Below, one piece after another: positions 10,090 to 17,400 of a DNA stretch of 64,000 nucleotides. Each line of letters begins with the position of its first letter. Position 1 is the first letter of the stretch. The stretch is taken from the NCBI GenBank assembly GCA_963700145.1, contig OY969474.1:1888001-1952000 (forward strand), read 5' to 3'. Source of the stretch: an uncultured Acidobacteriota bacterium. GTDB lineage: Bacteria > Acidobacteriota > Thermoanaerobaculia > Multivoradales > UBA5704. Made by a program: the position numbers and the translations under genes. A model generated the notes under the pieces. That model was given only the letters and a program-made list of their open reading frames with translations, was not told the DNA's origin and made no database searches.

Positions 10090-10189
10090 TTCCTTCTCGG
10101 CCTGGAGAAGGTGGCGCGTAACGCTCGCCGGAAGCCCCGGAATGTCCCCGCGCGACCTTCAGACGCCCCGGTGGGGGTCCTCCCGGGAC

Positions 10190-10410
10190 CTCGGAACCTC
10201 CTGCGCGCCCTCCGGAACCTCCTGCGCGACGCCGGGAATCGATTGCGCGACGCCGGGAACGGGTTGCGCGCGCTGCGGAACCTCCTCCGAGCCGCTCGGA
10301 ATAGGTTCCCGGCGCTCCGCAACCCATTCCCCGGCCCGCGCAACCCATTCCCACGCTCCGGGAAAGGGTTCCGAAGCCACCGCAGGAGGTTCCACGCCTC
10401 CCGCAGGCCA
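10190..10410. repeat. Degenerate 21-bp tandem repeat, about 11 units
   Basis: GGAA/GCAA/GCAG anchors at 10193, 10214, 10235, 10256, 10277, 10298, 10319, 10340, 10361, 10382, 10403. Confidence 0.8.
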
Positions 10411-10449
10411 TTGGGCGCCGCTTGGCGGGCGTCGCGGAGCCTCGAACCC

Positions 10450-10882
10450 TCAATCCCCGCCGCTCGCCGCTCCCTCCTTGAGCCAGGCGCTGGCGTCCAC
10501 CAGGGCTCTTTCGGTGGAGGCCCCGAAGACGGTCGAGGCGGGCACTAGCGAGACCGACCGATCGAGCTTGCCGCTGCGGCGGAGCTGGGCAGCGACGTCG
10601 GCGTGCACGCCGCTGAGGTAGAGCCGCCCGCCGACCCCCGCGAGGTCGTCGGCGTAGTCGTCGAGCACGTCGACCAGCGTCGCGCCCACCTCGGTGCGCC
10701 CCCGCAAGCGCAGCACCACCACGGGCCTCGTCGCGCCCCGCGGGGTCGGCAGCGCGTCGGCGAGCGTGCGCGCGCCGGCGAAGAATAGGCTGCCAGTCAC
10801 GCCGAGGACCGTCACAGTGTCGCTCGCCAATCGCGCTGGCGGCTCAGCCTCCGCGAAGCGACCGTCCTTGAGCCGGACGATC
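10450..10882 (-). pseudogene. 3' fragment of a SulP-family transporter (STAS domain)
   Basis: GSLFFAGARTL...VVVLRLRGRTEVGATL...GRLYLSGV; no transmembrane part upstream. Confidence 0.7.
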
Positions 10883-10940
10883 AGTTGCCGCTGTGCAGGG
10901 CGCGGGTGGCGCCGTAGACCGTCAGCTCCAGCCCGACGAC
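10883..10940. repeat. 58-bp exact copy of 8695..8752 (internal to the M20 peptidase gene)
   Basis: AGTTGCCGCTGTGCAGGGCGCGGGTGGCGCCGTAGACCGTCAGCTCCAGCCCGACGAC occurs at both positions, same orientation. Confidence 0.9.
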
Positions 10941-10947
10941 CCCGCGC

Positions 10948-11001
10948 GGGGTCGGTCGAATCGAAGGCGGCGACCCAGATGCTGGCGTCGAGCGCGAGCA
11001 A
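10948..11001 (-). pseudogene. 5' fragment of a PIN-domain (VapC) toxin
   Basis: MLALDASIWVAAFDSTDP resembles a PIN N-terminus (hhDxS); lies directly behind an antitoxin gene; truncated after ~18 codons. Confidence 0.6.
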
Positions 11002-11004
11002 GGC

Positions 11005-11277
11005 TCAGCGCCTGTCCAGCCGGCTCCGGTCGGCGGCGAGGATTTCGGTGGCCGATGGCTTCGGCGGCAGGCACCGAGTCGCTGACTCTCCGAGCTTCAC
11101 CCACTCGTCGTCCCACTGCGCCATTGCCTGGACCTCGGGAGGACCCGCTGCGCGTCGCGCGCCGAGCCCGGCCCGCACGAACTCGGGAACCAGCTCCTTG
11201 AGCTTCTTCTTCTGCCGAGCGGCCTCGATCCTGACCTCGACCGCCAGCTCGTCGGGAAGCTCGATCGTCGTCTTCAT
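11005..11277 (-). CDS. VapB-like ribbon-helix-helix antitoxin
   Basis: MKTTIELPDELAVEVRIEAARQKKKLKELV. Confidence 0.75.
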   Translation of the reverse strand: MKTTIELPDELAVEVRIEAARQKKKLKELVPEFVRAGLGARRAAGPPEVQAMAQWDDEWVKLGESATRCLPPKPSATEILAADRSRLDRR

Positions 11278-11348
11278 GCCAGCCATTTCCCCATAGAACG
11301 AGCGCCCTTGCGGATCGCTGAACCGGCGAGAAATCAGTTGCTGTGGGT

Positions 11349-11443
11349 GGGAATGGTCGGCCTTCCTGGACAGATTTGAACCGATTCCACTCCTCAAGGC
11401 GCTCGACGAGCTCCGCAAGGGGCTTCGGGAAGCCGCTGGCTGA
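11349..11443 (+). mobile_element. att-like junction 1 with recombinase-tail-like sequence
   Basis: GGGAATGGTCGG matches the junction at the tRNA-Pro 3' end (35787-35798); the following CCTTCCTGGACAGATTTGAACCG is near-identical to 12982-13005. Confidence 0.65.
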
Positions 11444-11491
11444 AGGCGCCTCCCTCGATGGCTCACCGGTGGGAGGCCAGCGAGTCCCACG

Positions 11492-12121
11492 TCACCCCAG
11501 CTTCAGGGCAGCTGCGACGATCGCCTTGGCCCAATCCGGGGTGGCCCTGAGGTCGGATGGCCCGACAATTCGGCCGCGCTCCAGCTGCAGCACCAGGACC
11601 GGTTCCGGCGCCCGGCCGGTAGCAGGATCGGCCTCGGCGCTGTTGTCGAACACCGCCAGCCCGGTGAGCCGGGGCATCAAGCGGATCAGGTTGATTTGAC
11701 TGCTCGTGTAGCGCCGGCGGATGTCCGCTTCCGGAATGTCATGGCCGCCCCTGCGCACGCGGGAAGCCACGCGCCGGATGTGCAACTCCGGGCTGCTCAG
11801 CCCGGCGTACCACACCCAGATCTCCCGTCCGGATTCGGCGGCCTGCTCGAGCAGCCCCACGATGGTGCTCCCGCCGAGGGTTGTCTCGAAGGTGTAGTCC
11901 TCTCCGCTCTGGATCGCCGCCCGCAACCGCTCGACGCCCTCCTGCCAAGCCAACGCATTCGCTTCGGCCAGCGTGAGCGCCGGGCTCACCTCCAGGATTC
12001 GCCGCGCCGCCTCGTCGGGATTGAAGTACTGGCCGCCTTCGCCGCGGACCATCTGACCGGCGATGCTGCTCTTGCCGGCGCCGTTGGTTCCCGCCAGAAC
12101 GGAAATGCGGCCCTTAGCCAC
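11492..12121 (-). CDS. Zeta-toxin-like/AAA P-loop kinase
   Basis: AGTNGAGKS Walker A, FETTL, RVASRVRRGGHDIPE, FDNS. Confidence 0.85.
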   Translation of the reverse strand: MAKGRISVLAGTNGAGKSSIAGQMVRGEGGQYFNPDEAARRILEVSPALTLAEANALAWQEGVERLRAAIQSGEDYTFETTLGGSTIVGLLEQAAESGREIWVWYAGLSSPELHIRRVASRVRRGGHDIPEADIRRRYTSSQINLIRLMPRLTGLAVFDNSAEADPATGRAPEPVLVLQLERGRIVGPSDLRATPDWAKAIVAAALKLG

Positions 12122-12464
12122 CGCGGGCGGCGCCCTTCACGGCCGCGCGCCCCAGCTTCTTCGACGTTGCCTGGAACAGCGTATCCACCGCCTTGCGGGC
12201 CTTGGGCGTTTGCATGGCCGCGACCAGCTCATCGAACTCGCCGCGCAACTGCGCGAGCGGATCCGGAAGCCGGCGCAAGAGCGCCTCGTACTCTTCCAGC
12301 GACAAGATCACTGCGCGAGTGTGGTTCTGTCGCGTGATGGCCACGATGCCGTCGGCGATGGCGGCATTCAGGATCGCGCCGAACGACTTCTTCGCGTCGG
12401 TGGCACTGAACGCCTCGACCTCGACGGGGCGGCCAGATGGGTGGTTGAGGGTCAATACAGTCAT
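12114..12464 (-). CDS. Phd/YefM-family antitoxin
   Basis: FSATDAKKSFGAIL...VAITRQNHTRAVILSLEEYEAL; overlaps the kinase start. Confidence 0.85.
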   Translation of the reverse strand: MTVLTLNHPSGRPVEVEAFSATDAKKSFGAILNAAIADGIVAITRQNHTRAVILSLEEYEALLRRLPDPLAQLRGEFDELVAAMQTPKARKAVDTLFQATSKKLGRAAVKGAARGG

Positions 12465-12500
12465 TGTCGCGCTCCTCACGTCTGACGCAGAATAGCACAC

Positions 12501-12527
12501 TATGGGTATAAAGGGTAATATGGGTAA
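12501..12527. promoter_or_regulatory. Three 9-bp direct repeats upstream of the Phd operon (putative autoregulatory operator/promoter)
   Basis: TATGGGTAT-AAAGGGTAA-TATGGGTAA; AT-rich patch in GC-rich DNA. Confidence 0.5.
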
Positions 12528-12544
12528 ACGGCTCCAGATCGACG

Positions 12545-12893
12545 CACCGCTCCGACGCTGCGTTCGTGCTCGCCGAGGCGGCGCACAAGGGTGCCGACGT
12601 CGCCCCCGCGCTGCCGCACTTCGCGCCTCTGTTGGGCGCCGATGCCAGCGCCCGGTGGGTGCTCGATGCGATCAAACAGGCAGCCTGGAGGGGGGGCCAA
12701 CGTGGCGGTCCTGCTGCCGGAGCTGATCGCACGTCTGAGCGAGCGCAAGGACGTCGACCGAGTCGTCTACGTGCTGCACGCGCTCCAGGAGGACGGGGTC
12801 GACATCTCCGCCGCCTTCGAAGCATTGCGCGCGGTGGCGACACCGGGGAGTCACGCCAGCGCGCTGCTCGAGCGCGCGGGCCAGCAGGTCTAG
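12545..12893 (+). pseudogene. Fragment of a helical (HEAT-like) repeat protein, frameshifted at a G run (~12690)
   Basis: Repeats KGADVAPALPHF / (R)GANVAVLLPEL / DGVDISAAFEAL are split over two frames; no clear start. Confidence 0.4.
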
Positions 12894-12913
12894 ACGCGAC
12901 CGAGGAGGTTGGT

Positions 12914-13065
12914 CCGCGCACGTCTCTGCTGTTCAACGAAAATAGCGGAGGAACCGGTGCTACTTGTAGGGAGATGGTCGGCCTTCCTGGACAAATTTTG
13001 AACCGGTCTCCTTCCTTAAGTCACTGCAAACACTACGCGAGGACCTCGCCAGGGAGGCGGCTTGA
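12914..13065 (+). mobile_element. att-like junction 2: ~68-bp near-copy of 35733..35798 followed by an alternative recombinase C-terminus
   Basis: CCGCGCACGTCTCTGCTGTTCAACGAAAATAGCGGAGGAACCGGTGCTACTTGTAGGGAGATGGTCGG versus CCGCGCACGTCCCTGCTGTTCAACGAGATAGCGGAGGAACCAATGCTACTTGTAGGGAATGGTCGG. Confidence 0.8.
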
Positions 13066-14012
13066 GCGCCCTGGGGGCGCTCGAGCTGCCATTCGACGGA
13101 ACCGCAGAGGAAGCGGGACCGCCACAGTTTCATCCAACACCTGTTGAGCGAGCCCCACGCCGCGGCGGCAGTCTCATCCGCCGAGCGCTCCTCCTCGACC
13201 AGGAGGACGCCTACTCCGCCGGCGAGATCGGCTTCCTCGCACGCGCCTTGGTGCAGGCGACCCTGCCGCACAGCGACCCCAAGTCCAACGAGTTCGTCCG
13301 CCGCAACGGCCATTTGACCCTGTCGATCCTGGCGCCGAGGAACGTCGGCCTGCCGTACGGGCGCTATCCCCGCCTTGTGCTCGCCTACCTCAGCACCGAG
13401 GCAGTGCGGCGCAAGACAAGGCGCATCGAGCTCGACCGGCACTTCTCCCGCTTCTGCGGAGCCCTCGGCATCCCGGCGACCACCGGCCCGCGGGGCTCGC
13501 TGCCCATGCTGCGCGAGCAGCTCCAGCGGCTCTTCGCCTCGACCTTCCAGTGCATCTACCACTGCGAGGGCGAGGCGTGCCATGCCGCTGAGGGATTCTT
13601 GATCGCCGAGAAGCGGGCTCTCTGGTGGGACTCGGGCGACGGCGATTCCGGGAGTGGGTCTTACGTCGAGCTCTCGGAGCGCTTCTTCGTCGAGGCGACC
13701 GAAGCGCCGGTGCCGCTGGACATCCGCGTGCTCCGCGCGCTCCGCTCGCCATTCGAGATCGACCTCTACGTCTGGCTCACCTGGCGGTTCTTCCGCCTGC
13801 GACGACCAGTAACCATCCCCTGGGAGTCGCTGATGCTGCAGTTCGGCTGCAGCTACACGAACCCGCGCCACTTCCGCAAGCGCCTCCTCGACTACCTCCG
13901 CAGCGTCCTGCTCTTCTATCCAGAAGCGCGCCTGGAGGCCCGGGCGACTGGGCTTCTGCTGAAACCATCGCCGACGCACGTACCCCCGCGCGTCCTGCCG
14001 ATGAAACTGTGA
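13062..14012 (+). CDS. repA: Plasmid-type replication protein RepA (RepA_C/IncW-like)
   Basis: LVQATLPHSDP, GLPYGRYPRL, LREQLQRLF, VPLD, DLYVWLTWR, IPWESLMLQFG; GGGAGG RBS before TTG. Confidence 0.85.
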   Translation: MSALGALELPFDGTAEEAGPPQFHPTPVERAPRRGGSLIRRALLLDQEDAYSAGEIGFLARALVQATLPHSDPKSNEFVRRNGHLTLSILAPRNVGLPYGRYPRLVLAYLSTEAVRRKTRRIELDRHFSRFCGALGIPATTGPRGSLPMLREQLQRLFASTFQCIYHCEGEACHAAEGFLIAEKRALWWDSGDGDSGSGSYVELSERFFVEATEAPVPLDIRVLRALRSPFEIDLYVWLTWRFFRLRRPVTIPWESLMLQFGCSYTNPRHFRKRLLDYLRSVLLFYPEARLEARATGLLLKPSPTHVPPRVLPMKL

Positions 14013-14464
14013 CGCTCGAAGGCGTGGCGGCTGGAAGCAGGAGCCGCGAGGCCGCGCTGGCGGCCGCCGTTGGTCTGTAAGTCTCGGTTCCTCAGACACC
14101 CGCCGCCGGGTAAGGAAAACTCGATGGCGCCGCGAGGCCGAGCTCGGACACGTTGCGGCGCAGAGCAGCGTCGGAAGCGGCATAACCCCAGTTGATCAGC
14201 CGCTCCTGGAGAACGCGCGGAAGAGCGGCGACGGCAGCGGAGCGCAGGGGGCGCATCGTAGTGGTGATACGTGCGGGTTGTGAGGGTTTCAGCGCGGCCA
14301 CCGACCAAGTCGAGCCCGGATTGTGCTATCGCGACGAGCGCTGCGCCTCAGCCGACACCGGGAAGCGACTGCTGCGTCGGCTCGCCAGGCGCCGCTCGCC
14401 ACCGACACGCGCACCTGCGCCACCACCTGAACGAGCCGGGTGCGAACAAACGAGTTCCGCGGCG

Positions 14465-17400
14465 CTACACCGTGAGCTCATTCTGCTTCAAGTTCACCAA
14501 CCCCGAGGAGTTCACGACCAGGACCCGGAACCGATGATAGAAGGGGTTGCCGGCGCTGTTCTCCTTGAGAAGGACGCCCGTTCCGAGCGTCGTGTCCTGC
14601 AGCTTTACCTGCATGACCGCCGCATCGCCGACGGAGGCGATCTTCACCCACATTCCGACATCGTTCAGTTTGTAGAGGTGGTAGGTGCCGTTGTACGTCG
14701 TGCGCGGCCAGCTCAGTTGCACGTTCGCGTACTGGAACGGATGCGTGAGCGACAACGGATCAGACGTCATGGTGATCTGCGGAGGTTCGGGATTGACGGT
14801 GTCCGCTACTCTCGCCGTGGCCATCTCCGAAGGCTTCGACGGGATCCTCTCCGGCAGTCCCTGTTCGTTGATGATGCTGCGGAAGGCGAGAACGCGGTAG
14901 TGGATCGGCTGCGCGAACGGAACGTAGCCAAGGTCGGCGAAGTCGTCGAACACCGGATCGCCTAGCATGAACTCCCTCACTTCGGTCATCGTGCGGACGT
15001 TCAACGCATCGTCGGCGTCGAGAGAGCGGTACAGCTTGTAGCTGGTGACGCCTTCGCTCGGCAGGTAACCGCTTAGCAGGAAGTCGACCCGCGGCGTTGC
15101 TCCCGCTCCATCGTCGAGTTGCGCCGTCACCTTGCGGATCACCGGCGCCTCGGGCGGCGCGGCGTTCACCAACTGCACCGGGCCGGTGATCGGGCTGCGC
15201 GCGCTCACCTTCATGGTGCTGCTCAGCTCCACCGCGAAGTAGAAGTAGACGTTGGTCGAGGCGCCGTCGATGGTGTAGTCGGTGATGCGGACCCACCGCG
15301 TGTTCGTGGCGCTGCCGTGGCCGGGATCGCCGTCGTGCATCACGTCGCCGTTGGCGTTCTTCTCGTAGCGCACGGCCATCGGCCACGGATCGGCGTCGTC
15401 CGGTGGGAGGCGCTGGCCGTTGGGGCTGCGCAGCTTCGGCGGGCGGCCTGACGTCTGGAGGGTCTTGTCGTTCAGTTGCTGGTAGATCAGCGGCAGCTCG
15501 GTGATCGGGACGAACGCCTTCTCGACCGCTTCCTGCACCACCGACTTCATCGTCCGCCCGCCGGTTCCCGGCACGACGGCGCTGCTGCCGGGAGGCGTGG
15601 TGTTGTTCAGCGCGAAGGGGAAGACCGGCGGGTCGAGCGACGGATCGGGAATGACGTAGGTGTCGTCGTTGGGGGGAGGAAAGCGAAAGCCGTCCAAGAC
15701 GTACTGGACGAACTCGTCGTTGGCGTCGGTGACGACGTGCACGAGGTCGCTCCACCGCTGCGGCTCGAATGTCTTCTCGAAATCCGACATGCCCTCGAGC
15801 CGTGCCACGATCTCGCGGGCCGTCTTTGGCTCATAGAGCTGATCGATGATCTTGCGGTCATTCGCCTTGTAGAAGACGAGCGCGTACGGATCGTCGACCT
15901 GGACGTCGACGGTGAAAGTCGCCTTGCCGAAGAAGTTGGGCCGGGTGGCGAAGAGCGGTCCGCGGAGCGGCCCCGGCGCCACCGGCTCGCGCAGCTCCTG
16001 CGCCAGGATCACGGCCGGCTTCGACATCCGCGACGTCAGGCTGGCGGCGGTCGCTCGCGAGCGAACCGTGAAGAGTGTCTGCCGCGAGCCCTCGCCGCGA
16101 GCGGGGAGAACGGCGGGCTCGCCGAAGTTGTGGCCGGGCGTGGTGACGTCGGCGGTCAGGTAGACGCGGTACGAGGGATGGAAGTTGACCGCCACGCTGC
16201 CGGTCTGCACCGGAACGTATCCGTCGACCGGAACGAACTGGGTTCCGGCGAGCAGGAACTTCCCGGAAACGGGATCGCGCTGCAGGCCGAGCTCGGCGTC
16301 GTACGCGATCACCTGCAGAGTCGCTCCGCTGTTGTCGACGTTCCACACCCGCAGCACCTTGGTCTTGCCGTTCAGATCCGGCAGCCGAACGATGCCTTCG
16401 CAGAGCTCGACGTCGGGATCGCTGCTGGCGGCGAGCTGCCGATTGGCCAGGGTGATGGTGTAGGCGCCGGAGGGGACCGAGGACGGCCCGCCCGCCGGAA
16501 TCGCCGCGACGACGCCGGGATCGAGGTCGGGAATCGCCACCACCGTCGCCGAGTCGGCGATGCCGCCAACCACGACGCTCCGGCCCTGGCCGTCGTTGTT
16601 GACGATGAACTCCATGAACGGCGGGGAGAACTGCGCCAGCGACACTTCCTTCGTCAGCTTGGTATCCCATACCGCCGGGTTGTCGAGGTTCTCCGCCATC
16701 AGGAAGCGGTCGCCGGCGTGCGGGCTGCTCCACTTTTCGACCGTGCAGAAGGAGTTGTCGTGGTCGGCGTCGACCGACGCCGTGGTGCGGATCTGCTGCA
16801 ACACCAGAGTCGGATTCGGTCCACTGCTGGTGACCGACTCGACCACCCACGACTGCCCGTTTGCCGTCAGGCGGGCGCCGACGTAGCGCTGAACGTCGGC
16901 GGCGGCGATCTCCGGCTGCACGATTTGCGGCGGCTTGGTGCTGGCGATCGGATACGACTTGGTGGTCACCGTCGTGGTGTGCGTCGACGGGTGGTCGGCG
17001 ACCGCCGCGATCTCGCCGCGCACCACCTGTGGCGGGAGCGTGCGGAAATAGAGCTCGACCGTGTCGACGCCGAAGTAGGCGCGGTTCTGGACGTCGTTCC
17101 AGTCGAAGGTCACGCGCAACAGCGTCTGGTCGCCCGCCGGCAGTTGGGCCAGGCGCAGCTGCTCGTCGGCCGAGGTGAAGATGCGCGGCTCCTCCTTCTG
17201 AATGAGCTGCACGGCGAGGTTCGACGGCGGTAGCAGCGTATTGCGCGGCGCAAACACCGTGGCGTCGGTCTGCACCTCGTTCGACGCCCCTGCCGTGCGC
17301 GAGAAGATGTTGATGCTGTAGAGCTGGTAGTGGTGCACTCCCGCGGACCGCTCGCCATGCGTGTAGACCGGATTGCTGCCGCGCTCCGGAATCGGCGCCA

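Noticed and set aside
11349-11383. Second tRNA gene or pseudo-tRNA
   Set aside because: Only the 3' acceptor end and a T-loop-like motif are present, with no cloverleaf; interpreted as an att junction.
14013-14464. Iterons or origin next to repA
   Set aside because: I could not find convincing direct repeats or an AT-rich unwinding element by eye.
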